Source: Alphaproteobacteria bacterium (lineage in GTDB: Bacteria; Pseudomonadota; Alphaproteobacteria; Caedimonadales; UBA1908). From it: DNA of 64,000 nucleotides. The translations under genes and the position numbers were made by a program. Below are positions 28,674-40,100 of the stretch, piece after piece. Location of the stretch: contig JACESU010000003.1 of assembly GCA_013911655.1 (NCBI GenBank), positions 65,996 to 129,995 on the forward strand, read 5' to 3'. The notes below the pieces were generated by a model. It had not been told where the DNA came from and made no database searches. It saw nothing but the letters and a program-made list of their open reading frames with translations. Positions within the stretch are counted from its first letter, which is position 1. Each line of letters begins with the position of its first letter.

Positions 28674-29132
28674 TTGACAGATTTTATTGATTTTATCTCT
28701 CGACACTACTTGGTCATTAAATCTACGCATATTGTTTTTGTTATTTGCTGGATGGCCGCCCTTTTTTATCTTCCAAGACTTTTTTGCTATCACGCTGATC
28801 AAGAGGTTGGCTCTAGCTCCTCGCAAATGCTAAAGGTCATGGAAAAAAAACTTACCCGCATCATCATGAATCCCGCGATGATAATGACATATGTCTTTGG
28901 AATCCTTCTCTTAATGATACCAGGAATGTTTTCTTCTCCTATGGGGTGGATCCATTTGAAGCTTCTTCTTGTCCTGATCATGTCTGGATTTCATGGGTAC
29001 ATGATGGTGTGCCTTAAGAGGTTTTCAAGAGATGAACGACCACATTCTTCGAAAGCATTCAGGATGTTAAATGAACTCCCACCCCTTTTGATGATTATCA
29101 TCGTCTTTTTGGTTGTCATGAAGCCGTTCTAG
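28674..29132 (+). CDS. hemJ: Protoporphyrinogen IX oxidase HemJ (UPF0093 family)
   Basis: HIVFVICWMAALFYLPRLF and LNELPPLLMIIIVFLVVMKPF match the HemJ pattern. It follows hemE. Confidence 0.85.
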   Translation: MTDFIDFISRHYLVIKSTHIVFVICWMAALFYLPRLFCYHADQEVGSSSSQMLKVMEKKLTRIIMNPAMIMTYVFGILLLMIPGMFSSPMGWIHLKLLLVLIMSGFHGYMMVCLKRFSRDERPHSSKAFRMLNELPPLLMIIIVFLVVMKPF

Positions 29133-29142
29133 GGGTATAGAT

Positions 29143-29176
29143 AAAGGGTCCTCATATGAGGGTCCCTTTATTTTTT
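29143..29176 (+). terminator. Terminator-like hairpin plus T-tract after hemJ, inside the rho leader
   Basis: AAAGGGTCCTCA-TA-TGAGGGTCCCTTT (imperfect stem) followed by ATTTTTT. It ends 27 nt before the rho ATG. Confidence 0.55.
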
Positions 29177-29203
29177 CAACACAGTGTGAGTCGAAGAGTT
29201 TTC

Positions 29204-30460
29204 ATGAATATAAATGATCTAAAGGCCAAGGCCCCAGGTGAACTTCTTGCCCTTGCTGAAGAGCATGAGGTTGAGAACGCGAGTACCCTTAAGAAACAAG
29301 ACCTTGTTTTTAGCATTCTTAAGAAACTAGCGGAAAAAGAGATTCCAATTTTTGGTGAAGGAACCGTAGAGGTTCTCCAAGATGGGTTTGCATTCCTCAG
29401 GTCACAACAAGCAAGCTACTTGCCCGGTCCAGACGATATCTATATCTCGCCAAGCCAGGTGCGTCGATTTAGTCTTCGTACTGGAGACACCGTAGCGGGT
29501 CAAATTAGATCGCCAAAAGATGGTGAGCGTTATTTTGCCCTTCTTAAGCTAAACACCATTAATTTTGAAGATCCTATTAAAGTAAAACAACGTATTAATT
29601 TTGATAACTTAACACCGCTTTATCCAGAGCAGCGGATTAAGTTAGAGCTAGATGACCCAACGCAAGAAGACAGTACACAGCGCGTTGTAGAGCTCATTAG
29701 CCCGATTGGAAAGGGGCAAAGAGCCCTTATTACCGCGCCACCGCGCTCTGGTAAAACAATTATGTTGCAGCAAATTGCCCACTCCATTGAGCAAAATCAC
29801 CCTGAAATTTACCTTATTGTTCTTCTGATTGACGAAAGACCGGAAGAAGTCACTGATATGGCAAGGTGCGTAAAAGGCGAGGTTGTAAGTTCTACTTTTG
29901 ACGAACCGGCAACAAGACATGTTCAAGTTGCTGAAATGGTTAGTGAGAAGGCAAAGAGGCTTGTAGAGCATGGGCGTGATGTGGTGATTCTACTCGACAA
30001 TATCACACGCCTCGCGAGAGCCTATAACACGGTTGTTCCTTCATCAGGTAAGGTTTTGACGGGCGGTGTGGATGCTAATGCCCTTCAGAAGCCAAAAAGA
30101 TTTTTTGGTGCGGCACGTAATATCGAGAACGGAGGATCTCTTACCATTATTGCAACAGCTCTAGTCGAGACTGGCTCAAGAATGGATGAGGTTATCTTTG
30201 AAGAATTTAAGGGAACCGGTAACTGCGAAATTGTTCTTGATCGCAAGCTTTCTGATAAAAGAATTTTTCCTGCTATTGATGTCACAAAGTCTGGAACGAG
30301 AAAAGAAGATCTTCTTGTTGATAAGGGAACCCTCTCAAAGATGTGGGTTCTGAGAAGAATTCTTTCGCCAATGGGACCACAAGATGGAATGGATTTCTTG
30401 TTGGACAAAATTAAGAACACCAAATCAAATGACGACTTCTTTCAATCAATGAACTCCTAG
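29204..30460 (+). CDS. rho: Transcription termination factor Rho
   Basis: MNINDLKAK...N-terminal domain, RNA-binding domain, and Walker A PPRSGKT. Start placed at Met 17 of the ORF-track entry. Confidence 0.95.
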   Translation: MNINDLKAKAPGELLALAEEHEVENASTLKKQDLVFSILKKLAEKEIPIFGEGTVEVLQDGFAFLRSQQASYLPGPDDIYISPSQVRRFSLRTGDTVAGQIRSPKDGERYFALLKLNTINFEDPIKVKQRINFDNLTPLYPEQRIKLELDDPTQEDSTQRVVELISPIGKGQRALITAPPRSGKTIMLQQIAHSIEQNHPEIYLIVLLIDERPEEVTDMARCVKGEVVSSTFDEPATRHVQVAEMVSEKAKRLVEHGRDVVILLDNITRLARAYNTVVPSSGKVLTGGVDANALQKPKRFFGAARNIENGGSLTIIATALVETGSRMDEVIFEEFKGTGNCEIVLDRKLSDKRIFPAIDVTKSGTRKEDLLVDKGTLSKMWVLRRILSPMGPQDGMDFLLDKIKNTKSNDDFFQSMNS

Positions 30461-30466
30461 GGGGTT

Positions 30467-31063
30467 TTGGTGGGTGTTTCACGTGAATCAGAGGAGCGCT
30501 TTCAGGTTTACTTAGAAAGGCTCGTTTTTTGGCAGAAAAGTATAAATCTTGTTTCACGTGAAACACTTTCAGATCTAGAAGGGCGCCACCTTCTGGACTC
30601 ACAGCAGGTTGGGGTTTGGTTGAAAGAAATCCTTTGTGGTGAAAATAAGGACATTGCTGACCTTGGAAGTGGAGCCGGGTTTCCTGGTATGGTGCTTGCA
30701 ATGATGGGGATTGGCCGTGTTGCGCTCATAGAAGCAAATGGCAAGAGGTGTGCCTTTCTTCGGGATGTGCGGCGTGCAACAAATACTTCTGTTGAAATCA
30801 TACAGTTTCGAATTGAAGATATTCATAACAGAAAGTTTGATGTGGTTGTGTCAAGAGCTCTTGCTGATCTTAATCAGCTTCTGTCGTATGCACACTCACT
30901 CTTAAGACGTGGGGGTATTTGCTTGTTTCTTAAGGGAAAAGAGTCCGAGGACGAGGTTGTTCAAGCACAAATAAACTGGAATTTTTCAGTTGAAAGAAAA
31001 AGAAGTGTAACAAATGAAGATGGTGTTTTGCTGTTAATCTCTGATCTGGAGAAGAAAACATGA
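30467..31063 (+). CDS. rsmG: 16S rRNA (guanine527-N7)-methyltransferase RsmG (GidB)
   Basis: DLGSGAGFPG SAM motif. It sits before parAB. GTG start. Confidence 0.85.
   Translation: MVGVSRESEERFQVYLERLVFWQKSINLVSRETLSDLEGRHLLDSQQVGVWLKEILCGENKDIADLGSGAGFPGMVLAMMGIGRVALIEANGKRCAFLRDVRRATNTSVEIIQFRIEDIHNRKFDVVVSRALADLNQLLSYAHSLLRRGGICLFLKGKESEDEVVQAQINWNFSVERKRSVTNEDGVLLLISDLEKKT
30475..30490. promoter_or_regulatory. parS-like centromere site (15 of 16 match)
   Basis: TGTTTCACGTGAATCA compared with consensus TGTTTCACGTGAAACA. Confidence 0.65.
30550..30565. promoter_or_regulatory. parS centromere site (perfect 16-bp palindrome)
   Basis: TGTTTCACGTGAAACA, an exact consensus match 0.5 kb upstream of parA. 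Confidence 0.85.
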
Positions 31064-31827
31064 AAATCATATCCGTTGCGAATCAAAAGGGAGGGGTGGG
31101 TAAAACTACGACCGCTGTGAACTTGGCCACTGCGCTTGCGGCTGTTAGAAAGCGTGTCTTGCTTGTAGATCTTGATCCTCAAGGGAATGCGAGTACAGGG
31201 GTGGGCGTTTATGATCGCAGTAAAAGAAAAGGCTCCTATGAAGTTCTTTGTGGTATCCAGACTCTTTCAGATGTGACAGTTCGAACAAGAATTCCCTTTC
31301 TAGACCTTCTGATCGCCTCTCCTGATTTGGCTGGAGCAGAAATTGAACTTGTGCAGCAAGAGGAGAGGGAGTTTTTCTTCAAAAAGGCTCTCTCGAGCTC
31401 GGTGTCTGACTATGACTATGTTTTTATAGACTGCCCACCAACTTTGGGCCTTTTGACGCTTAATGCGTTCGTTGCCTCTGATAGTGTCTTGATTCCTCTG
31501 CAGTGCGAGTTCTACGCTCTAGACGGGCTAAGTCGCTTGGTTAAAACAATTCAATATGTCCGGTCTCGTCTTAATAAGACGTTGAAAGTTGAAGGAATTG
31601 TAATGACTATGTATGATAAGAGAAGTTCTCTTTCTGACCAGGTAGCTGAAGATGCCCGTAAGCACTTTGGCAATCTTGTTTTTGAAAATGTGATTCCAAG
31701 GAGTACCAAAATTTCAGAATCCCCCTCGTTTGGTCACCCTGTTCTAATTTACGATGTAAAGAATGCGGGATCATTAGCATATATGAAGCTTGCAGGTGAA
31801 ATTCTTAGTCGAAATGGAGAAGTATAG
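31060..31827 (+). CDS. parA: Chromosome partitioning ATPase ParA
   Basis: Deviant Walker A NQKGGVGKTTT. ATGA overlap with rsmG. Confidence 0.9.
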   Translation: MKIISVANQKGGVGKTTTAVNLATALAAVRKRVLLVDLDPQGNASTGVGVYDRSKRKGSYEVLCGIQTLSDVTVRTRIPFLDLLIASPDLAGAEIELVQQEEREFFFKKALSSSVSDYDYVFIDCPPTLGLLTLNAFVASDSVLIPLQCEFYALDGLSRLVKTIQYVRSRLNKTLKVEGIVMTMYDKRSSLSDQVAEDARKHFGNLVFENVIPRSTKISESPSFGHPVLIYDVKNAGSLAYMKLAGEILSRNGEV

Positions 31828-32696
31828 TGAGCGCACAAACATCCCTTGGTCGTGGACTTTCAGCCTTACTGGATATCGAGGCGGTTTCTCTTGTGGAAGC
31901 TGAGAACTCTTCCATCCGCACAGTCAATATCCTTGATCTTTCTCCGGGAAAATATCAGCCACGACAACAGTTTAATGATGTTCTTTTGGAGGATTTGTCG
32001 CAGTCTATTCAGAAGCAAGGTATTCTTCAGCCACTTATTGTACGTCCTCTTAAGAATCATGTGACTCCTTACGAGATTGTCGCGGGGGAGCGCCGTTGGC
32101 AAGCTGCAAAGAGGGCGGGCTTAAAAGAGGTGCCAGTTCTTGTCAAAGATCTTTCAGATCGCCAGACACTAGAAGTGGCAATTACAGAGAATGTCCAAAG
32201 AAGCGACTTAAATCCAATTGAGGAAGCGGAAGGTTATAGGCGCCTTATGGAAGACTTTTCCTATACTCAGGAGGAAGTGTCTTCATCCGTTGGGAAAAGC
32301 AGAAGTCACATCGCAAACACAGTGAGGCTTTTGATGCTTCCAGATGAGGTAAAAGACTTTCTTCAAAAAGGGCAGTTAACGGCGGGTCATGCCAGAACCC
32401 TGATCGGACTTGAAAATAGCTCCGCTCTTGCACAAAAAATTGTTGAAAAGAAGCTATCTGTGCGTGATGCAGAGAAGCTGGCATCGGCTCGAAAACGCCC
32501 ATCAAAGGCATTAAAATCACAAGTTCCTTCTGAGGATGTCCTTTATTTACAGCAAGTGCTTACTGGAATCCTGGGCACTCCTGTTGAAATCACGCTTGAC
32601 GCTGATGCTGGTGAAATTCGCATTCCATTTTCCTCATTGGCAAAATTAGACAGACTTGTCAGTAAATTAACATCATCGGTGAGCGATCTAAACTAA
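31827..32696 (+). CDS. parB: Chromosome partitioning protein ParB
   Basis: GERRWQAAKRAGL box, HTH region, C-terminal dimerisation domain. Confidence 0.9.
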   Translation: MSAQTSLGRGLSALLDIEAVSLVEAENSSIRTVNILDLSPGKYQPRQQFNDVLLEDLSQSIQKQGILQPLIVRPLKNHVTPYEIVAGERRWQAAKRAGLKEVPVLVKDLSDRQTLEVAITENVQRSDLNPIEEAEGYRRLMEDFSYTQEEVSSSVGKSRSHIANTVRLLMLPDEVKDFLQKGQLTAGHARTLIGLENSSALAQKIVEKKLSVRDAEKLASARKRPSKALKSQVPSEDVLYLQQVLTGILGTPVEITLDADAGEIRIPFSSLAKLDRLVSKLTSSVSDLN

Positions 32697-32835
32697 ACTT
32701 ATCCTTTGAGGGGAGCGCTCAGCGGCTTTAATCTTTCGTTATTATACTTTTTACGACTCGCACACACTTCCTTCATAGATTTTCAATAGGACTACGAGAC
32801 AATAATGGTATGTCCAATGAGAATATGAGGATGAG

Positions 32836-33576
32836 ATGCGTAATTCCTATTTCCTGATTGCGGGCGCGATTATTCTCTATTTGCAAATGGGTACAATTGT
32901 CCAGGCAAAGAATTCTCAGCCCTTAAGCGTTACGCAGAAAGTTGTATCGCTAACATTCGATGATGGACCCTCTCCAAAAACAACGGGTATGATCCTGGAT
33001 ATCCTTAAAAAAGAGCAGGTAAAAGCAACTTTCTTTGTACTAGGTCAACATGCCAAAGACTATCCCGAACTCATTAGAAGGATCCATGATGAGGGTCATG
33101 AAATAGGAAATCATACGTATGACCATAAGAATCTTAGAGGAATGTCCATAGGGGGAATACGTCAAGAAATTAAGAAAACTCAGGATATACTGGAGGGAGC
33201 ACAGCTAACCGTGAATTGGTTTAGACCTCCCTACGGCGCGGGAAGAGCAAAAGCTAGCCCTGTGGCAAGTGAGTTCAATCTTAAAACCGTTCTATGGACG
33301 GTAGATACAAGAGACTGGCAGAAAAGTAGCGCACAGAGTGTAGAGCAAAGTGTAGATCAAAATGTAAAAGATGGATCGATCGTTTTGATGCATGATACGA
33401 AAGCAGTGACAGTGAAGGCTTTGGAGAGCATCATTAACCAATTGAAAAGAAACAAATATAGTTTCTTAACCCTATCGGAAAGAGAGATGCACGACGCAGG
33501 TAAGCACACAGAGGAATTAAGAGTAGCAATGACGAAAGAAGATATTGATAAGAAGAGTGAACGATCAACCGGGTAA
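32836..33576 (+). CDS. Polysaccharide deacetylase (NodB homology domain), exported
   Basis: Signal peptide, TFDDGP motif, HEIGNHTYDH metal-binding motif. Confidence 0.8.
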   Translation: MRNSYFLIAGAIILYLQMGTIVQAKNSQPLSVTQKVVSLTFDDGPSPKTTGMILDILKKEQVKATFFVLGQHAKDYPELIRRIHDEGHEIGNHTYDHKNLRGMSIGGIRQEIKKTQDILEGAQLTVNWFRPPYGAGRAKASPVASEFNLKTVLWTVDTRDWQKSSAQSVEQSVDQNVKDGSIVLMHDTKAVTVKALESIINQLKRNKYSFLTLSEREMHDAGKHTEELRVAMTKEDIDKKSERSTG

Positions 33577-34533
33577 GGAGAGAAGAGATCTTAATCTTTG
33601 CAGCACATCATCCATTTCAAAAAGGGGAAGATGGCGGTCCTGGAGATCAATAAGACTTAGAAGGGGTTTTGTCAGACCTTGTTCCTCAAACGATCTATGA
33701 AAAGAAGCGAATTTTCTAGAACCACCTGGTAGATGATAGACGTAGACGGGTGCCCCCATAGCACAGGCTTCTGAGGTCATGGAAACAGAATCGGAAGTGA
33801 CAACAATAGCGTCAGCAATCCCAAGCATAGCAAAGTAAGGGTTATCGCCGTCACCACTCCAAAGATAATGGGGAAGGCCCGTTAATGCTGCCTTTAAAGC
33901 CATAAGGTTTTCAGGCTCTGTGCGTCTTGAAACTGTGACAGCAAGTGATCCACCATTTTGAGACAGCACAGCCTTTAGAGAGTCTACTAGCTTATTCATC
34001 ACAGTAGGGGTGATGCTATAACAGCGATTTGTGCCACCAATGAGAACAGTAATGATAGGCCTTGGAAGAGATGCAAAGATATCTTTAAAACGCGCTACAT
34101 CTGTACGAACGCGCTGCATGGTAACGCGGTGGAGAGCCCCTTTTGTCGTAATTACATTCGGACCACTTAATTTATCATGAGCTGGTGCAATCACAGCGTC
34201 AAAAAGTGCTGGATCAATACGTGGATTTTGAAGTTGCACAACTTTTGTTCGACCTTGTGTGATTTGACGAATTCTTGCCGTTGGAGAAACGGATGCGCGA
34301 CCTGCAGCGATGATAAGCTGTGGCCAGGGAGGCGTTAATTTTGGGGTTATTCCTGAAAGAGGAAACGGCCATAGTGATGCAGGTAAAAGGGACCAAAAAG
34401 ACTTTGGTTGTATCTCTATGATTCGGGGTATGAATCCTAAGCCCTCTGCAAGTCCAGTGCACTGGTTCAAAGTACCTACTTTACCAGCGTCACTGACGAC
34501 CCAGCAGGAAGAAAGAGAGGGATCATCAGACAT
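33565..34533 (-). CDS. ELM1/GtrOC1-family putative glycosyltransferase (mitochondrial fission ELM1 family)
   Basis: [23 protein letters not shown]-terminus is typical of this alphaproteobacterial family. The family call is from memory. Confidence 0.65.
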   Translation of the reverse strand: MSDDPSLSSCWVVSDAGKVGTLNQCTGLAEGLGFIPRIIEIQPKSFWSLLPASLWPFPLSGITPKLTPPWPQLIIAAGRASVSPTARIRQITQGRTKVVQLQNPRIDPALFDAVIAPAHDKLSGPNVITTKGALHRVTMQRVRTDVARFKDIFASLPRPIITVLIGGTNRCYSITPTVMNKLVDSLKAVLSQNGGSLAVTVSRRTEPENLMALKAALTGLPHYLWSGDGDNPYFAMLGIADAIVVTSDSVSMTSEACAMGAPVYVYHLPGGSRKFASFHRSFEEQGLTKPLLSLIDLQDRHLPLFEMDDVLQRLRSLLSLPG

Positions 34534-34999
34534 AAGTCACTTTCAAAATCGTGTAAGACTTTTCACCATTTGGACTGTGGACTGTCACAGTGTCATTTTC
34601 GCTTTTTCCAATCAAGGCACGGGCAAGGGGGGCCGAAAAAGAAAGACGACCAAGCTTCACATCGGCCTCGTCAACACCCACAATCTGATAGGTTGTTTCG
34701 GTGTCCGTTTCCTCATCAATCAAGGTGACCGTTGCTGCAAAGCGAACCGTAGTTCCAGTGAATTGTTTTGGATCAATAACTTCCGCGTAAGAAACTTTGC
34801 TTTCAAGTTCTGAAATTCGTCCTTCAATAAAGCCTTGCTTTTCACGTGCGGCGTGATACTCAGCATTTTCTGATAAGTCACCTAGCTCTCTTGCTGATGC
34901 AATGGCTTCGATGATTTTGCGACGTTCAACTGTTTTCAGGTGGTGAAGTTCCTTTTGAAGGGTTTCAAAACCTCGAACAGTCATGGGGACGCGCTGCAT
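34526..34999 (-). CDS. greA: Transcription elongation factor GreA
   Basis: [15 protein letters not shown]-terminus, coiled coil, [15 protein letters not shown]. Confidence 0.95.
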   Translation of the reverse strand: MQRVPMTVRGFETLQKELHHLKTVERRKIIEAIASARELGDLSENAEYHAAREKQGFIEGRISELESKVSYAEVIDPKQFTGTTVRFAATVTLIDEETDTETTYQIVGVDEADVKLGRLSFSAPLARALIGKSENDTVTVHSPNGEKSYTILKVTYV

Positions 35000-35314
35000 A
35001 TCGAACTCTCCTTACACAGATAGTTATTTATAGAAAAGACCCCCACCAGGCTCTAAGTGCTTCTTATTTATGTCTAATGGGAAAATATATAATACCTTAA
35101 CGAAAACATACTAAAACAGACCCATCACAAAAACAATAGTTTCCTTAAAGGTACTCTTAAAACTAAGCCTTTAAAAAGGAAGGTGAGTGAACAAAGGGGA
35201 GGAGCTTCACAAAAGATTGACTAAAAAAAGGGGATAGCCCATAAGAAAACAGAAACTATGTCGCGTGCCCAAAAATTCTTCGCATGCCTACACAAAACAT
35301 AAAGGAAAAGTCCT

Positions 35315-36085
35315 ATGACGACCAGGGTTGGAATTGCAGGGGGAACAGGCCGCATGGGGACGGCTCTCTTGAGTCTGCTTGATCAAGATTCACGCTTTAA
35401 TGTGGGCGCTGTGCGTGTGCGGCATGGCTCTGTGCCACAAAATCCCCTTTCTGACGGTGCCGTCCTTGTCACGACAGCAAGAGAACTGTTTGATGGCACA
35501 GATGTTGTCCTTGATTTTAGCTCACCCCGCCTGTGTCAAGAGCATGTCTTTCTAGCAAAGCAAACAAAAGTTCCTTTGTTCATTGGAACGACAAACCTCG
35601 ATGAAGAGACCCTTGATCAGATTAAAGAGGCATCGAACCATGTGCCTATCCTTGTATCCTCCAATGCAAGTTTAGGGGCTGCAGTTCTTGAGCTTCTTGT
35701 TGAAAAAACAACTAGAATTCTTAAAGGATATGACATAGAAATTCTGGATGCACATCATCACCTTAAGAAGGACGCACCTTCTGGGACTGCCAAGAGTCTT
35801 CTTCAGGCAATCGAGCGGGCGTCTGATTTGCCTGTCGAGGCGGTAACCCACCAAACTGAAAGAAAGCATCCTAAAGGCACTCTGCAGGTAGGTCTATGTT
35901 CTATCCGAGCCGGAGGTATCCTGGGTGATCACTATGTTCTGTTTGGAAATGAAGATGAGGTTTTGACCCTTTCACACCGCTGTCTAGATCGGCGTCTTTT
36001 TGCAAAAGGGGCTCTTCACGGGGCCCTTTGGCTCCAAGCACAGCCTCCTGGACTCTATCGTATGGCGGACGCCCTAAGTTTTTAA
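35315..36085 (+). CDS. dapB: 4-hydroxy-tetrahydrodipicolinate reductase
   Basis: GIAGGTGRMG NAD(P) motif and DAHHHLKKDAPSGTA catalytic motif. Confidence 0.9.
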   Translation: MTTRVGIAGGTGRMGTALLSLLDQDSRFNVGAVRVRHGSVPQNPLSDGAVLVTTARELFDGTDVVLDFSSPRLCQEHVFLAKQTKVPLFIGTTNLDEETLDQIKEASNHVPILVSSNASLGAAVLELLVEKTTRILKGYDIEILDAHHHLKKDAPSGTAKSLLQAIERASDLPVEAVTHQTERKHPKGTLQVGLCSIRAGGILGDHYVLFGNEDEVLTLSHRCLDRRLFAKGALHGALWLQAQPPGLYRMADALSF

Positions 36086-36110
36086 GGCGCCTTGATATAT
36101 TCTGTAGCGG

Positions 36111-37079
36111 CTAGAGAAGAGATTGGCCCATGGCGAGGAACTTTTCCCGTCGCTTCTTTGTAAGGGTCTCAGAAGGGTTTGAATAGGCTTTTAATGCTTG
36201 TTCAAGGGTGTCTCCTACTGCCTTTATGGCTGTATGAGCAGACCGATGAGCACCACCAAGAGGTTCTGCAATAATCGCATCAATAATTCCCAGCTGCTTG
36301 AGGTCTTGAGCGGTAAGCTTTTGTGCAGCGGCTGCGTCTTCTTTTTTCTCTGAGGTACGCCACAAAATAGACGCGCATCCCTCGGGTGAAATGACAGAGT
36401 AGATAGAATGCTCAAGCATAAAGACCTCGTTGGCAACGGCAAGGGCGATGGCACCCCCTGATCCGCCTTCACCTGTGATGACAGAAAGAACAGGGACCCT
36501 CACATCAAGAAGTGTTTCGATGCAGCGTGCAATGGCCTCTGACTGTCCGCGTTCTTCAGCCTCTAATCCTGGGTGGGCACCGGCTGTATCCACAAAGGTG
36601 ATGATGGGAAGCTTAAAACGGTCTGCAAGCTCCATAAGGCGCATGGCCTTACGATACCCCTCTGGACGTGGCATGCCAAAATTATGACGAATACGCGAGT
36701 CTGTATCGGTACCTTTCTCATGACCCATCACCATGACACTTTGTCCGCGAAAGGTTCCCATTCCACCGACAATGGCAAGATCCTCTCCAAAAAAACGATC
36801 ACCAGACAAAGGAGTAAAATCTTCGATAAGCGTTTCGAGATAATGGGTCAGGTGAGGGCGATCTGGATGGCGGGCGACTTGTACCTTTTGCCAAGGGGAA
36901 AGTCTTGCATAGGTATCTGCAAGCTTACGCTGGACTTTTAGCTCAAGCTTTGCGACTTCGCTTGCGATGTTGAGGGCGCTATCATTGGAAAGGTGCTGTA
37001 GCTCTCGTAGGCGTGTTTCTAGCTCTGCGATGGGCTTTTCAAAGTCAAGGGGTGTGACCATTTTATATTCCCTTGCCAT
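36111..37079 (-). CDS. accA: Acetyl-CoA carboxylase carboxyltransferase alpha subunit
   Basis: FVDTAGAHPGLEAEERGQSEAIA and GEGGSGGALA-type motifs, 322 aa. Confidence 0.95.
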   Translation of the reverse strand: MAREYKMVTPLDFEKPIAELETRLRELQHLSNDSALNIASEVAKLELKVQRKLADTYARLSPWQKVQVARHPDRPHLTHYLETLIEDFTPLSGDRFFGEDLAIVGGMGTFRGQSVMVMGHEKGTDTDSRIRHNFGMPRPEGYRKAMRLMELADRFKLPIITFVDTAGAHPGLEAEERGQSEAIARCIETLLDVRVPVLSVITGEGGSGGAIALAVANEVFMLEHSIYSVISPEGCASILWRTSEKKEDAAAAQKLTAQDLKQLGIIDAIIAEPLGGAHRSAHTAIKAVGDTLEQALKAYSNPSETLTKKRREKFLAMGQSLL

Positions 37080-37162
37080 AAGAGGCTTCTTAAAAAGATG
37101 CTCTTCTTATGCGCTTTTTTGACACCAATTTCAAGAGAAAGTCGTGATCACCTTTTCCGAAA

Positions 37163-40100
37163 CTAGCCGTCTAAGGTCATGAGCTGCGCGTTTCCACCCT
37201 GAGCTGTGATATCAACAGAGATAGTTTTTTCTGTTGTAAACCGTTGAAGATAATGAGGTCCTCCAGCCTTTGGGCCGGTACCAGAGAGACCTTGTCCGCC
37301 AAAAGGCTGAACACCCACGACCGCCCCAATCATGTTGCGATTAATATAAAGGTTTCCGGCTTTTATTTTACGTGCAATCTCCTCAATGCGTGAATCAAGG
37401 CGGGTGTGCAGGCCAAAGGTTAGACCAAATCCAAGAGCGTTTACTTTTTGGATAACCCCGTCAAGATCCTCTCCTTTAAAGGTAAGAATATGAAGGATGG
37501 GACCAAACTTTTCGTCGTCTAGAAGGTCGAGCGTTTCCAATACAAAGGTGCTAGGGGCAACGAAGGTGCCTATATCCGCCACCTCCCTTGGAAGATCACA
37601 TTGGTACAAAAGGCGCGACTCACGAGTCATTTTTTCTTGGTGCGCGCTCAGCTCATTCTTTGCATCTTCATCAATGACGGGCCCTACATCGGTTTTTAAG
37701 TGCCTCGGGTCACCAAGGACAAGCTCTGCCATAGCGCCCTTAAGCATCTCTGTGAACCGAGGTGCAATATCTTCTTGCACAAAAAGAATTCGAAGGGCCG
37801 AGCAGCGTTGCCCCGCACTTTGAAAGGATGACGAAATCACGTCCTTGACCACCTGCTCAATCAGGGCTGATGAGTCAACGATCATAACGTTTTGGCCCCC
37901 TGTTTCTGCGATAAGGGGAACAATAACCCCTTTCTTTTTGGCGAGTGTCTCGTTGATCTGCCACGCTGTGTGGGTAGACCCCGTAAACGCCACACCGCGA
38001 AGGCGCGAGTCACCGAGGACCACTTTTCCAAAAAGAGATCCGGGGCAGGGAAGGAAGTGAAGAACGTCTTTGGGAATACCAGCTTCATAAAGAAGTTCAA
38101 TGGTCTTTTGCGCAATAAGGGGTGTTTGAGCGGCTGGTTTTGCAAGGACGGTGTTCCCTGCCATGAGGGCGGCACTCACTTGCCCCATGAAAATAGCAAG
38201 GGGGAAATTCCAGGGGCTAATACAGGCAAAAACGCCGCGCCCTACTAAGGTCAATGTGTTTTTTTCACCTGTGGGACCAGGAAGCACTAAAGGATCTTGA
38301 AGTTGTCTTGCCCCTTCGCTTGCGTAATAACGGCAAAAGTCTATGGCTTCTCTAACTTCTGACAAGGCGTCTGGCAAGGTCTTTCCACCCTCATGCACAC
38401 ATAGCGTCATAAATTCGCTAAGGCGTGCCTCTAGAAGTTCTGCGGCCCTTATAAGGATATTGGCTCGTTTGACGGCAGGGGTTCTTGACCACTGATCAAA
38501 GGCCTTGTCCGCCACCGTAATAGCCTCTAGAAGAGTCTCCTCATCGGCTTGGTGCGTTTTGCTGATAAGGAGATTCTTTTGAAAGGGGCACCCTTTATCA
38601 ATCACTTTGCCTGTTTTTTTGGCCACACCATCCACCAAGGGAAAACAGAGAACAGGAAAAGAGGGCGTGTCTAGGGCCATCATAAGATCCGTAGCGGCGG
38701 AATCCTTTGAAAACTCGAGTCCCATGGAATTCAAACGCTCTGGTCCGTAAAGGTCACGGGGCAGGGGGATGTTGGGGTGGCGAAGGGATGACATGGTCTG
38801 AAGGTACTCCACAGGATCCTGGTTGAGAATATCAAGGGGCAGGGTAGGGTCCGCGATCTTGTTCACAAAAGAACTGTTGGCACCGTTTTCAAGAAGACGC
38901 CTGACAAGATAGGGTAGAAGATCTTGGTGGGCCCCCACAGGCGCGTAGACCCGGCAAAGGTATCCAGCGCCGTTTGTCCCTACCAAGGTCTCGTAAAGAG
39001 TTTCTCCCATGCCATGCAGGCGTTGAAACTCGAAGTCACGGCGATCTTTGGCAAGGGTCATGATTGTTGCAAGGGTGCGCGCATTGTGGGTCGCAAAGGC
39101 GGGTAAAAAGGTTTGATTATTTTCTAGGAGGTATTTCGCGCACACCAGGTAGGAAACATCAGTGGACGCTTTTCTTGTAAAAACAGGATAGTCTTCAAGT
39201 CCCCGCTCTTGAGCTCGTTTAATTTCGGTGTCCCAATAAGCCCCTTTGACAAGACGTACGGGGATTTTTTTACGCGTTTTCGTGCTGAGATCTTTGAGAT
39301 ACGCTAGCACGCCAAGAGCGCGTTTTTGATACGCTTGCACGGCAAGACCAAGCCCCTCCCACGGTTGAAGATCGGAATCCTCATAAAGGGCTTTGAAGAT
39401 TTTTAAAGAAAGCTCGAGGCGGTCAGCTTCTTCGGCGTCGATGGTCAGCATCAAGTTTTCTTTTTGAGCAATGAGGCAGAGCTCTTTTAGGGTCGGGATC
39501 AAATCCTTTAAAAGGCGCTCTTCTTGTGCGTGCTCGTATCTTGGGTGCAGTGCCGAAAGCTTGATGGAAACCCCTGGATGATCAAGTCCTTGAAGGGTGC
39601 GAGGAAGGGCTGCGACCGCCAAAAGAGCGCCTTTATACTCTTCGAAATAGCGGCGTGCATCTTCTGTGGTTTGAGCACCTTCCCCCAACATATCAAAGGA
39701 ATAACTATATCCCTTTTCAGTGCCAGCACGCGCCGCCCCCAAGGCCTGTTTGATGGTGCGTCCCACAACAAATTTACCCGATAAAAGACGCATAGCCTGG
39801 AAGGCCGCGCGCCGGATAACAGGTTCACTTGAGCGTGCCAAAAGATTTTTAAGGCGCCCAGACCACGTTTCATGGTGATCCTCTTTTAAAAGGGAAGCAG
39901 TCATCTGAAGGGCTTTGGTCGAGGCATTCACGAGGAATGAGCTGTGTCGATTGAGATACTTCTCGAAATCGGCTTGGCCAAGTTTATCACGAAGTAGTTT
40001 TTTAGCGGTAGGCGCGTCAGGGATACGAAGGAGAGCTTCGGCCAGGCACATCAAAAGCACACCCTCTTGGGTGGAAAGCTCATACTGACCCATGAAGGCG

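Noticed and set aside
35000-35314. 315-bp greA-dapB spacer examined for an sRNA, a riboswitch or 14-codon uORFs (for example the ATG at 35258)
   Set aside because: No recognisable conserved RNA motif, no Shine-Dalgarno for the mini-ORFs and no terminator. It cannot be supported from sequence alone.
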